Shown one piece after another: positions 39,407 to 49,105 of a stretch of 64,000 bases of DNA. A program made the translations under genes and the position numbers. The stretch's first letter is position 1. The number at the start of each line of letters is the position of its first letter. The DNA comes from an uncultured Spirochaetota bacterium (GTDB lineage: Bacteria > Spirochaetota > Spirochaetia > SZUA-6 > Fen-1364). Below the pieces are notes generated by a model, which saw nothing but the letters and a program-made list of their open reading frames with translations, did not search any database and was not told where the DNA came from. The stretch covers positions 928,001-992,000 of the forward strand of contig CAWGAA010000001.1 in the NCBI GenBank assembly GCA_963820525.1, read 5' to 3'.

Positions 39407-40281
39407 ACCCCACAAAGCTTGTCAAGGCGATTCTCCCGCCTCGTGTGAGAGAACTCCTTCGTCGTGCCGTGGAGAGAGGCAGCGCCAGGAGTGATCGGGT
39501 GCTTGAATTCTTTGGCCGGCGCAGCCTGATGGCATTGCGTTCTCTCCACCGAAGCCGGCGGGGGCCCGGGATGGATATCGCGATGCTTTGCATCAGAAAG
39601 CCCGTGTATGTCGGGCTCGCGATTCAAAGCATCAACTCCCTTCACTACCACAGCCATAAACACCGCGTGCTCCTGCATCTCGACGGGGTTTGTTTCCGAG
39701 CCTTCGAGAAGCGGAAGCACAAGCTTGATTATCCCGGCAAGGTGGAGCCGATACTGATCGATGACGATTCATCGGCACCTTGGCAGTTCACGAAGCTCGA
39801 CGTTGTTCTTGCGGTGTCATCAAAAGGCATCCCTTTCGTGGATGCCGACTCCCGATGGCATGCGGACCCCGCGCCTCTCATCGCGGCGGATCGAGCCATG
39901 TTTCTTGTCGAAGTGAACAGAATCCGGGCGGTCGACTCTGAGCATCTGCTGGTAAAGAACGCGCTTTGTCGCCCGGAGTGGATCGACTTCGTACATTTCA
40001 ATACCGGCTTTATTTCGATACCGGCGCCCCTGTTTTCAGAGAGCTTCGCCGCAGAATGCAGATCCCTTGCGAGAAAGATCTATGAAGCCTCCCTCGACGC
40101 GCGGTTCAGTTCGGAGCAGAGCAGGCTCCTGAAACATACCAGCGAAGAGCTTGCCCTCAGCCTTGCCGCGCAGGCGGTAATCGGGAGCAAGAACATCTGT
40201 ACCTTGAAAGAAGAAGACGGACCGGGGAACCGAACGCGCCTCGAATCATATTACTATGGCGCTCTTAACAGGATCAATTGA
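39403..40281 (+). CDS. Hypothetical GT-A-like protein
   Basis: FVDAD (DxD) and HFNTGF; locus context; GTGA overlap with the upstream stop. Confidence 0.55.
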   Translation: MNPTKLVKAILPPRVRELLRRAVERGSARSDRVLEFFGRRSLMALRSLHRSRRGPGMDIAMLCIRKPVYVGLAIQSINSLHYHSHKHRVLLHLDGVCFRAFEKRKHKLDYPGKVEPILIDDDSSAPWQFTKLDVVLAVSSKGIPFVDADSRWHADPAPLIAADRAMFLVEVNRIRAVDSEHLLVKNALCRPEWIDFVHFNTGFISIPAPLFSESFAAECRSLARKIYEASLDARFSSEQSRLLKHTSEELALSLAAQAVIGSKNICTLKEEDGPGNRTRLESYYYGALNRIN

Positions 40282-41145
40282 GTGACTATCCAGGACCTGC
40301 GAGCGCGGAGGTTTTTTCAACTTTCCAATTTTTCAGACGGCTTTTTCGAGAGAGCACGAGACTTCGAGCGTTGGCGCGTCCTTGCCGACCGCTTCGACGG
40401 CTTTGAGGGAATGAAAACCGAGCTGGAAACCGCCCTGATTCCAAGGCGTATCCACCAGATATGGCTCGGCGGACGGCTGCCTTCCCGCTACAAAGCCTGG
40501 GCAGAGAGCTGGCGGCGCGTCAACAAGGATTGGGAGTACCGGCTGTGGGACGAAGAATCGATCCTCGATTTCGGCCTTGAGAATGAACGCGCATTTCGAA
40601 AGTCCGCGAGCTTTGGGGCCAAATCCGACATTGCCCGCTATGAGATTCTGGAGCGTCTTGGAGGAGTGTACGCCGATACGGATTTCGAATGCCTCGGTGC
40701 GTTCGACACAATCGCGCAGCGCTGCGCTTTTTTCGCCGGTACTATCTTCAACGACACACCGGAAATCAACAATGGCCTCATGGGAAGCATTCCGGGCCAC
40801 CCGCTGCTCCGCCGACTGATCGAAGCTCTCTCGGAGCCGATCATGACAAAGGACACCGGGGTGATACTCGAGAAAAGCGGGCCGCAGTTCTTGACGAAGC
40901 ATTTTTATGCAAGCCTCGAATCCCTCGGGGCGAAGGATGTCGTTTTCCCAAGCTCGTATTTTTATCCTCTGCCGAATTATGTGAAGAAGGGGACGGTGCC
41001 TCCCGAGGCGATGAAGGAGTATGCACGAGAGTGGTCACTGGCGATTCATTACTGGGAAACGAGCTGGGCCCGACCGCACCCAATCCGGGTATTCTTGAGC
41101 CGGGCAAAGCGTGTTCTGCTTCGACGCCGCGTCCTGAGAGCATAA
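40282..41145 (+). CDS. GT32 (DXD sugar-binding, Och1-like) glycosyltransferase
   Basis: IPRRIHQIWLG, SDIARYEIL, GGVYADTD, SGPQFLT. Confidence 0.87.
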   Translation: MTIQDLRARRFFQLSNFSDGFFERARDFERWRVLADRFDGFEGMKTELETALIPRRIHQIWLGGRLPSRYKAWAESWRRVNKDWEYRLWDEESILDFGLENERAFRKSASFGAKSDIARYEILERLGGVYADTDFECLGAFDTIAQRCAFFAGTIFNDTPEINNGLMGSIPGHPLLRRLIEALSEPIMTKDTGVILEKSGPQFLTKHFYASLESLGAKDVVFPSSYFYPLPNYVKKGTVPPEAMKEYAREWSLAIHYWETSWARPHPIRVFLSRAKRVLLRRRVLRA

Positions 41146-41148
41146 AAA

Positions 41149-42231
41149 GTGAACAGCCCCCGCCGTCCCATTTTCTATTTTTATCTCCGTCCGCAGGGGA
41201 GTCCGACGGAAGCGGGTTATCAACACTGCACCATCGCGATTGCGGAAGGTCTTCGTACCCTCGGGATACCTTTCTATTCAAATATCAACTATTGGAACGA
41301 GGGAGGGGAGTACCTGTTTCAAGCCGGGCGCGATGTCAGGCCGGAAGACTGCGATGTGCTCCTGACGAGCGACGACCATGAGACCGTGGGCAGAATCAAG
41401 GAGGAGTTGTTCGGCGGAGGCCGAAAAACCGTCTATATCGATTCCTCGGATGGATGGCGTACGCGAACGGAGGCAGAATATTATCGGCGATTCGACGTCG
41501 TTTTGCGCACGCATTGCAGCACGCGGTACAGGTATCCGGATAACGTGCATCCTTGGGCATTCGGCTTGACACGGAGAATACTCTCGGCATGCTCGCATCC
41601 TCAACCCTTCCTTGAAAGAAAACCACGCGCGCTCGTGAACTTTCGCGCATCGCATCCGGTGCGCCGCGCGGCGGCCGATCTTGTAATTCCTGCCCTTGAA
41701 ACCCGTTTCCCTCCAGATCTGACCATCGATGAGCCGCCGGCACGGGAATCGGGCCAGGAGCGAATCTACTGGGAAGCCACCGGGCGCCGGCACTATCCGA
41801 CATTTTTCAACCGGCTCCAGAGGACCATGGCTTGCGCCGCCTTTGGAGGCTATTTCGCTCCAGGAGTTTTCCGCAGCACGGAGAGCCTTCCCGAGCGCGC
41901 TCTCTACGCTCTGGCATGGAGGCTTGGAAAAAGAACGCGCACCATTCTTCAATTCGACAGCTGGCGTTTCTGGGAATCCATGGCGGCGGGATGCTTAACC
42001 CTCCAGGCCAACTACGAGCGCTACGGGTGCAGCCTGCCCGTCGAGCCGGAAAGCGAAACGCAGTATATCGGCATCGACTTCGGCGAGCGCGATTGCGCGC
42101 GGTTTATCCGGGAGTCCGACCTGAACTCGCTATCGATAATGGCGCAGGAAGGGAGGCGGTGGGCGATCGAGCATTACTCACCGCAGGCGGCCGCCGGGAG
42201 ATTGCTGCGCCTGCTGGGAAACCTCAATTAG
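41149..42231 (+). CDS. Putative GT-B glycosyltransferase-like protein
   Basis: FDSWRFWESMAAGC and a C-terminal GRRWAIEHYSP resembling Glyco_trans_1_2 tails. Confidence 0.6.
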   Translation: MNSPRRPIFYFYLRPQGSPTEAGYQHCTIAIAEGLRTLGIPFYSNINYWNEGGEYLFQAGRDVRPEDCDVLLTSDDHETVGRIKEELFGGGRKTVYIDSSDGWRTRTEAEYYRRFDVVLRTHCSTRYRYPDNVHPWAFGLTRRILSACSHPQPFLERKPRALVNFRASHPVRRAAADLVIPALETRFPPDLTIDEPPARESGQERIYWEATGRRHYPTFFNRLQRTMACAAFGGYFAPGVFRSTESLPERALYALAWRLGKRTRTILQFDSWRFWESMAAGCLTLQANYERYGCSLPVEPESETQYIGIDFGERDCARFIRESDLNSLSIMAQEGRRWAIEHYSPQAAAGRLLRLLGNLN

Positions 42232-42240
42232 GAAGCATCG

Positions 42241-43304
42241 GTGAGAGTCCTGTACGATTACCAGGCTTTTCTGCAGCGCCAGGGAGGCATTCCCCGCTAT
42301 TTCGTTGAACTGATAGGAGCGTTGGAGGAAATAGGCGTTGATGCGCGCCTGCCGAAGCTTTTCTCCGACAGCGAATACCTCGAATACGGGATGACATTCC
42401 TTACCCGGCGTCATTTCAAGGGAAAGGAAAAGATCTTGAATGCTTTGAACAGGATCCGGGCAGCTCGGGCGCTCAAGGGCGATTTCGATCTCTTTCACCC
42501 GACGTATTACAGCCCGTACTTCCTGAAAGCCTTGAAACGGCCGTTCGTGATCACGGTACACGACATGATTCACGAGCTATTCCCTTCCGACTATATCCGC
42601 GACGACGGCACCGCGAGAAACAAGCGCATTGTGTGCGAGAAGGCTTCAAGAATCATCGCCGTAAGCACGAACACAAAGAACGACCTCTGCCGGCTGCTGA
42701 ACGTGCCGGAGGCAAAGGTCACCGTCATCCCTCACGCCACGAGCCTGCGTTATGATGGCGGCCCCCGCGTTTTCGAGAGACCGTACATTCTGTACGTCGG
42801 TGCGCGCTCCGGATACAAGAACTTCGCGACCATGCTCGAAGCCGCTGCGACGATACTCCCCCGGCATGGAGTTGACCTTGTATGCGCTGGGGGGGAGACC
42901 TCTCACGCGAAGAGAAGGAGGCCGTTCGCGCGTATGGGCTCTCCGGTCGCGTCTCTCATTTCCCATCGCCTTCGCCTCAGCAGCTGTCGAGCCTGTACCA
43001 TTTCTCTTCCGTGTTCTGCTACCCGTCTCTCTACGAGGGGTTCGGCTTCCCGCTCCTGGAAGCATTCGCCTGCGGGTGCCCCGTTGCCGCCAGCTCAACG
43101 TCTTCCATCCCCGAGGTGGCGGGCGAAGCAGCCGAGTACTTCGAGCCCCTGTCCGCCGACTCGATCCGGATCGCGATCGAGAGAGTCCTTACCGATCAAT
43201 CTCACGCAAGGAAGCTATCATCGGCCGGAACATCTCGATTGAGCTCTTTTTCATGGAAGGATTCGGCCCTGAAAACGCTCGAAGTGTATCGCGAAGCATC
43301 ATGA
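42241..43304 (+). pseudogene. GT4 glycosyltransferase frameshifted in a G7 tract (42889-42895)
   Basis: N-half (GGIPRYF, HPTYY, TVHDMIHE, YKNF) is in the 42241 frame; C-half (YPSLYEGFGFPLLEA, SSIPEVAG, FSW) is in the 42882 frame; G8 would restore the ORF. Confidence 0.85.
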
Positions 43305-44260
43305 AACCTCCTGTCTTTGCCACACCAGTCCTCTTCCTTGTTTTCAATCGGCCCGAGACGACGCGGCGGGTGCTGGAGGCGATACGGCGTGTCCAGCCGG
43401 GAAGGCTTTACGTGGCCGCAGACGGCGTCCGCGCGGATCACGCAGAAGACAAGGAGCGTTGCGAGAAGGTGCTCGACCTGATTCGCAGTGGAATTGACTG
43501 GGACTGCGATGTCAAATACCTTTCGCGGTCGAGGAACCTTGGATGTAAACATGCGGTCAGCTCCGCTATCACTTGGTTTTTTCAGAATGTCGATGAGGGG
43601 ATCATTATCGAGGACGATTGTCTTCCTGCTCCGCAGTTCTTTCACTTCTGCACCGCTCTTCTTGCCCGATACCGCGATGTGCCGCGGGTGGCGCATGTCT
43701 GCGGCTTTAATTGCCAGCGGGGAAGGGTCCGGGGCGACGGATCGTACTATTTTTCCCGCTACTTCCACGTATGGGGCTGGGCGAGCTGGCGGCGCGCGTG
43801 GAGCGGCTATGACGTCGAGATGCGCGATTACCGGGCGTTCCTCGAGTCGGGCTGTCTCGACAACCTCTTTGAACGACGATCCCTGCGTGAATACTGGAGA
43901 GAAATCTTCGATGCGACGGCAGCAGGGAAGGTGAACACCTGGGACTACCAGTGGGTCTACCGGAATTTCAAGGAAGACCGACTGGCGGTTGTGCCGAATT
44001 TCAATATGATGGAGAACATTGGCTTTGGAGCGAGCGCTACACACACGTCGTCCGGCAGCCGGCGTGCGCCACCCGTTGCAAGTGCGATACCCGATGTGTT
44101 CGTCCCTCCCAGCTTCACGGTGCCAAGCAGGGCCGCGGATGACTTCACCTACCGGAATCATCTCAAGCTCGGCCGCTTTTACGATATGAAACACGCCGTC
44201 AAGAGGGTCCTGGGGATCGGGCCCGCGGCAGAAAGCCCGGCTGGCGCGGTGCTCCCATGA
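43301..44260 (+). CDS. Nucleotide-diphospho-sugar transferase (HlpA-like)
   Basis: FLVFNRPETT, LYVAADG, NLGCK, IIIEDDC, WGWASWRRAW, TWDYQW, NIGFG. Confidence 0.85.
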   Translation: MKPPVFATPVLFLVFNRPETTRRVLEAIRRVQPGRLYVAADGVRADHAEDKERCEKVLDLIRSGIDWDCDVKYLSRSRNLGCKHAVSSAITWFFQNVDEGIIIEDDCLPAPQFFHFCTALLARYRDVPRVAHVCGFNCQRGRVRGDGSYYFSRYFHVWGWASWRRAWSGYDVEMRDYRAFLESGCLDNLFERRSLREYWREIFDATAAGKVNTWDYQWVYRNFKEDRLAVVPNFNMMENIGFGASATHTSSGSRRAPPVASAIPDVFVPPSFTVPSRAADDFTYRNHLKLGRFYDMKHAVKRVLGIGPAAESPAGAVLP

Positions 44261-44994
44261 TTCCCAAGATCATTCACCAGACATCGCGGTCCGCCGAGAT
44301 CCCGGAGCGATGGCGGAGGTTTCAAGAAAAAGTGAAGACGCTGCATCCCGGCTGGGACTACAGGCTGTGGACGGACGCAAGCAACATCGCTCTTGTCAAA
44401 AGGGCTGCGCCGCACCTGCTTGCGCTCTACCGGTCTCTTGCGAAAAACATAATGAGAGCGGACATGATCCGCTACATACTCATGGATGTCTTCGGAGGGC
44501 TCTACGTGGATTTCGACTACGAATTCCTTAAGCCTTTCGACATGCTGGACAAGCGCATCGTTCTTCCAAGAGAAACCAACGACACGGCGGGGTTGGTTCT
44601 GGGCAACTCGATCATGGCATCCGAACCGGGTCACCCATTCTGGAAAAGGGTTCTGAGAGAGCTCGAAAGAAGCGTTAGCGCATTGCACCGGAATCCGATT
44701 GAAGACGAAGTCAACGGGCTGACTGGCCCGGGCCTGGTCACCCGCACCTACTTGAAAGATCCATCGCTCAATGACGGGATCCATATTCCCTCTCGGGTTC
44801 AATTCAATCCGATAATCCCCACGAACGAGGCCGAGTACGCCGCTCTCGCGGCTGCGGGCGAAGCCTATGGAATCCACTTTTGCGACGGTACCTGGACGGC
44901 GAAAAAGTACCCGCAACGGCTCCTTCGAAAGACTGAGTACCTGTGGAGCCGATTCAGAGACGCGCGGAGCAAAGAGAGAGGAGACCGTGAATGA
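44257..44994 (+). CDS. GT32 glycosyltransferase
   Basis: MIPKIIHQT, RADMIRY, GGLYVDFD, TGPGLVT. Confidence 0.9.
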   Translation: MIPKIIHQTSRSAEIPERWRRFQEKVKTLHPGWDYRLWTDASNIALVKRAAPHLLALYRSLAKNIMRADMIRYILMDVFGGLYVDFDYEFLKPFDMLDKRIVLPRETNDTAGLVLGNSIMASEPGHPFWKRVLRELERSVSALHRNPIEDEVNGLTGPGLVTRTYLKDPSLNDGIHIPSRVQFNPIIPTNEAEYAALAAAGEAYGIHFCDGTWTAKKYPQRLLRKTEYLWSRFRDARSKERGDRE

Positions 44995-45776
44995 CAGGAA
45001 TCGTGGTCCCGGTGGCGACACGATATGAAACGATTGCTCTGCGAAACCTGAAGCGACTACGCCATCTCTATGGCATCGACCTCCCGATCGAGATCTGGGA
45101 AGTGGAAAACGAGATCTCCCCTGAGCGCCGGGGGGAATTCTCACAGCTTGGCAGCGTTACCTACAGGAACGTCAGAGACCACTCCACCGTTACCGGACAT
45201 TGGAAAGGTGTCCAGGTGAAGGCCTTTGCCGCCCGCCACACTTCTTTCGAGGAGTTTCTTCTCTGCGACGCCGATGTGACGTTCCTGCGCAACCCCCTTG
45301 TTGTACTCGGGGACAGGGGCTACAAGGACACGGGTTCGTACTTCTTCCGGGACTTGGCAGCCTGGAAGTTCAAGGGATTGAGCCCCTCGAGCGCTGATAA
45401 GTTTTCAAGTCTCCCCTTCTTCTCTGCCCGGCGCGCCTGGATACTCGGCCTGCTGCCGCAGAAAGTGGAGATGTTCCCCCAGGAATGGAGCTATATCTAC
45501 GAAGCCGACTATCCGAGGAAACCTGTGCACGAGGCGTACATGGAAGCAGGTGCGCTCTATTTCGATCGCACTCGCCATCGGGATACCCTCGACATCGTGT
45601 ACCGCCTTAATGAAAACCACGAAGAGACCTACCGATACGTGTTGGGTGACAAGGAAACGTGGTGGATCGCATGCTGCATGTGCCGCAAAACGTTCACCAT
45701 GAACCCCCGCTTCCCCGTGATGGTCAGGAAACTGACGCAATTCTACGGGATGCTGCCCTTCTACGTTCAGAAATGA
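44991..45776 (+). CDS. GT71/Mnn1-Mnn2-like (Mannosyl_trans3) glycosyltransferase
   Basis: LPIEIW, QVKAFA...SFEEFLLCDAD...RNP, YKDTGSYFFRD, EAGALYFDR, GDKETWW. Confidence 0.75.
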   Translation: MTGIVVPVATRYETIALRNLKRLRHLYGIDLPIEIWEVENEISPERRGEFSQLGSVTYRNVRDHSTVTGHWKGVQVKAFAARHTSFEEFLLCDADVTFLRNPLVVLGDRGYKDTGSYFFRDLAAWKFKGLSPSSADKFSSLPFFSARRAWILGLLPQKVEMFPQEWSYIYEADYPRKPVHEAYMEAGALYFDRTRHRDTLDIVYRLNENHEETYRYVLGDKETWWIACCMCRKTFTMNPRFPVMVRKLTQFYGMLPFYVQK

Positions 45777-45809
45777 CGTCCATTTCTCTGCCGAAAACGG
45801 GGGGAAGAC

Positions 45810-46595
45810 GTGAGCACGCCGATCAAGACGTATGTCATCAATCTTGCCGAGGCGACCGAGCGAAGACGGTTCATGGAGGCCCACCTGGCCCTGTTTCCGT
45901 TCCTGGACGTCGAGTTCGTTTCGGCAATCCGAGGCGGAGATCTCTCGGCGGAGGAACTGTCTCGGTGCGTGGACGTGAATGCTTGCCGCGACCTTGTCGG
46001 ACGTGAGCTATACCCCGGAGAGCTCGGATGCGCGCTTTCCCACCTCGAAGCCATGAAGAGAATGGAGGCGGAAAAGGAAGCCCGGGCGCTCATTTTGGAA
46101 GACGACGCGCTTGTCAGCGGCATGCTGCATCGAATCGTTGACGAGCTGGACGAGGCGATCCGATTCGATGGGCCCAGCGTGATCCTTATGACGCCCTGCG
46201 AATATGTCGCGGCGGGCGGACGAGCATTAAGCAACGACTACGCGATTCGGCCGGTATTCGAGGCGTTCTACGCAACGGGGTACCTCATCAATGGCGAGGC
46301 GGCGCGCGTCCTCAGGAGAGAGCTTCTGCCTCTGAAGATGCCCATAGACTGGTGGAAGGCAATCCGAAGCTTGACGGGAATCAATCTGGCGGCTCTCGTG
46401 CCCTATTGCGTGGGCCTGTCGCTGTCTGAGAATATGCATTCTTCCACGGCCGCACGGAACGGCAATGGGACCGATGCGCAAACTGAAAAACCGGCCACGG
46501 GCCTCCTGGCCGCCTTTTTGGATTTTTTAAAAAGAGCGAGACGCGGCATCAATGCTCGCATGCGCCGCATCAAGGCGCAACGAATCGTCTTTTAG
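45810..46595 (+). CDS. GT25 glycosyltransferase
   Basis: YVINL...ERR, GELGCALSH, ALILEDD, PIDW. Confidence 0.9.
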   Translation: MSTPIKTYVINLAEATERRRFMEAHLALFPFLDVEFVSAIRGGDLSAEELSRCVDVNACRDLVGRELYPGELGCALSHLEAMKRMEAEKEARALILEDDALVSGMLHRIVDELDEAIRFDGPSVILMTPCEYVAAGGRALSNDYAIRPVFEAFYATGYLINGEAARVLRRELLPLKMPIDWWKAIRSLTGINLAALVPYCVGLSLSENMHSSTAARNGNGTDAQTEKPATGLLAAFLDFLKRARRGINARMRRIKAQRIVF

Positions 46596-46601
46596 CTCGC
46601 G

Positions 46602-47513
46602 ATGATTCTGCTTTTCACCATCGGCGGCCGTACGGGAAATCAACTTTTCCAGCTCGCGTATGCGATGAGCAGGAGAAGAAAAGGAGAATGGCTTGTCAGC
46701 GCGGGCTACGGAGATACGAGATCGTTTCTCGCGGGCGCGTGCAAAAAACGCTGGGTGAACATTGAGGCGCTGTCTCTGCGCTTCGTCATCGAGCGACTCG
46801 TGTACCCCGTGATTTACCGCGTGCTTGTCACCACGGGTCTCGTAGCATCGCATTATGAAAACTGCGACATCTATTCCATCCGGCGCGGGAAGATCAGATG
46901 CATAAGAATAATGAAAGGATACTTCCAGTCTTCCCAGCGGCAGGCGGCGGATCTTTCACATCAGATGCGTATCAGTGAATCCCTCCGGGCAAAGGTCAGG
47001 CCAATACTGGCATCCATGACAAACGGACTGCCGCCGGTATTCGTTCACGTTCGCAGGTCGGATTTCAGCGGGGTGATCATTGGAGGGCAGAGCGCTCAAC
47101 TGCCGGACCGCTACTACCTGACCGCAGTGAGCCGGCTCCGTCAACGCCATCCCTGGCTCTTTTTCTTGATTGTGGGAGACGACCCCGACTATGGGGAGCA
47201 TCTCTTCAAAGACATCACACCGAAATACGTTTCTCGCCTTTCCGCCCGGGAAGAGCTTGCGCTCATGTCCCTCTGCGAGGGAGGAGTGCTTTCGAGCAGC
47301 ACGTTCGCCTGGTGGGGGGCTTTTTTCAGCAGGCCCGCGATAGGCTACATCGCGCCGAAGTACTGGTCGGGATGGAATGTGAAGAAATGGCTTCCGCCCG
47401 AGCTTCCGGGGCGCCTTCGTAACCGAATATATCGACATCTAAGGGATGCAGAATGGTGTTTTTTCACGCAACAGGGGGGCGGTTGGGGAACCAGCTGTTT
47501 CAGACCGCGGTGA
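46602..47513 (+). CDS. GT11 alpha-1,2-fucosyltransferase-like protein, paralog 1 (probable extra base near the C-terminus; natural stop may be 47442)
   Basis: GRTGNQLFQ, GYFQS, HVRRSD, SSTFAWWGA. Confidence 0.85.
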   Translation: MILLFTIGGRTGNQLFQLAYAMSRRRKGEWLVSAGYGDTRSFLAGACKKRWVNIEALSLRFVIERLVYPVIYRVLVTTGLVASHYENCDIYSIRRGKIRCIRIMKGYFQSSQRQAADLSHQMRISESLRAKVRPILASMTNGLPPVFVHVRRSDFSGVIIGGQSAQLPDRYYLTAVSRLRQRHPWLFFLIVGDDPDYGEHLFKDITPKYVSRLSAREELALMSLCEGGVLSSSTFAWWGAFFSRPAIGYIAPKYWSGWNVKKWLPPELPGRLRNRIYRHLRDAEWCFFTQQGGGWGTSCFRPR

Positions 47514-48307
47514 TAGAACGCAGAAGAAGACCGCGGGAACTTGTCGTCACGACACAGATGCCCGAGTCGCGCGTGTTCCTCGGCCGTCTTCGACGGTACA
47601 GGGATTTTTCCAACCCCTTCCTGGTGAATCTTGTCGACCATGCGGTAAGCCGATTCATCGTGTGGCCCTTGATCAACCTGCGGCTCATCTCTTCCGTTGT
47701 CCAGGACGGCGGCAATGGGGTTCGAGAGACCAGAGGCGTCCTGCCGATCACCTATTTCCGCGGATATTTCCAGGCGCCGAAATACTTCCAGCCCACCTGC
47801 ATATCGAAAGACTGGATACGGCGGTCCTTCCGGGATTCGGCGCTGCATCGTATTCACGACGCAGAGGGAAGACTTCCTCTATTCATCCATGTCAGGCGCA
47901 GCGACTACGGCAATTACCGGGCGGACGGCCGTTCATCGGCGCTTCTCCCTCTCAGCTACTACAGGTCCGCGGTTTCCATTCTCCGCGGTTCGGTTCGGGA
48001 TCCCCATTTCTTCCTTCTGGGCGACGACCCTTCCTGGTGCGAAGAGCAGTTCGCCGAGCTGCCTCACAAGACGATCTCGAGGGGCTCGAGCTACGAGGAT
48101 CTCGCCTTGATGAGCCTCTGCGCAGGAGGGGTGACGTCCAACAGCAGCTTTGCCTGGTGGGGAGCCTTTCTCTGCGCACGGACAGCGCCCATCATCGCTC
48201 CGAGGTACTGGTTCGGCTGGAGGAAGAAAGAGTGGCTGCCCCAGGGCATCGAGGAGAGCGATTTTCAGTTCATAGAAGTCGTCGACGAAGAGAGGAAAAA
48301 TCTATGA
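47453..48307 (+). CDS. GT11 alpha-1,2-fucosyltransferase-like protein, paralog 2
   Basis: GRLGNQLFQ, GYFQ, HVRRSDY, SNSSFAWWGA. Confidence 0.88.
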   Translation: MVFFHATGGRLGNQLFQTAVIERRRRPRELVVTTQMPESRVFLGRLRRYRDFSNPFLVNLVDHAVSRFIVWPLINLRLISSVVQDGGNGVRETRGVLPITYFRGYFQAPKYFQPTCISKDWIRRSFRDSALHRIHDAEGRLPLFIHVRRSDYGNYRADGRSSALLPLSYYRSAVSILRGSVRDPHFFLLGDDPSWCEEQFAELPHKTISRGSSYEDLALMSLCAGGVTSNSSFAWWGAFLCARTAPIIAPRYWFGWRKKEWLPQGIEESDFQFIEVVDEERKNL

Positions 48308-49098
48308 GACCATGGCTGAAGAAAGTGTCGATCCGGCTCGCCAATTCACTCTACAACGCCACGGCAAGGGAGATCCCTCCGGTCTGCAGCCTGCCGCCAG
48401 AGCCGCTTCGCGCCCTCAATGAGTACTTCGACGCGATCTGGGTGTTGACGATCAACCGCAACGCAGACAGATGCGAGCACATACGGCGTCAGTTCGAGGG
48501 ATTGCGCTTCGACTTCTACCAAGGAATAGACGGCAGAACCCTGGACGAAAGCGACGCGCGAATCGATCTCCGGCGCGCTTCTGAAAACAACGGACGGCCA
48601 GTTCACATAAACGAAACGGCGTGCACGCTGTCGCATATCACCATGTTCCAGCAGATTCTGGCCAAGGGTTTTCAGAGGACGCTCATTTTCGAGGATGATG
48701 CCGCCCTGGTTCACGACGCGGCGCACTGGATACAGTACTGCCTGGAAAGAATGCCTGAGGATTGGGAGCTTCTCTACCTGGGCTACGGCGACGGCGAGCT
48801 CCGGGGATACCTTCGTGAGTTTCAGGAACGCTTTGGGCGTCACCGAGATCCAGTAGAGGTGGTCTCACGCTCGGTGGGCCGCGGAATCAGAACAGCTGCC
48901 GGCCACGACTTCACCCATGCATATGCAGTGACCTTCCAGGGTGCTGGAAAGCTGCTCGAAGACGCATATCCTGTGCGGTACACGGCCGACGGCTGGCTGG
49001 AGCAGAAAGTGCTGCAGGGAAAGATAACCGCTTACATAACGATTCCAAAGCTCTTCGTTCAGCAGTCAGATCTGGGATCCTCAATCCATAGAACGTGA
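48304..49098 (+). CDS. GT25 glycosyltransferase
   Basis: GIDG, ETACTLSH, TLIFEDD, WELLYLG, THAYAV. Confidence 0.85.
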   Translation: MRPWLKKVSIRLANSLYNATAREIPPVCSLPPEPLRALNEYFDAIWVLTINRNADRCEHIRRQFEGLRFDFYQGIDGRTLDESDARIDLRRASENNGRPVHINETACTLSHITMFQQILAKGFQRTLIFEDDAALVHDAAHWIQYCLERMPEDWELLYLGYGDGELRGYLREFQERFGRHRDPVEVVSRSVGRGIRTAAGHDFTHAYAVTFQGAGKLLEDAYPVRYTADGWLEQKVLQGKITAYITIPKLFVQQSDLGSSIHRT

Positions 49099-49105
49099 GC
49101 GTTTC

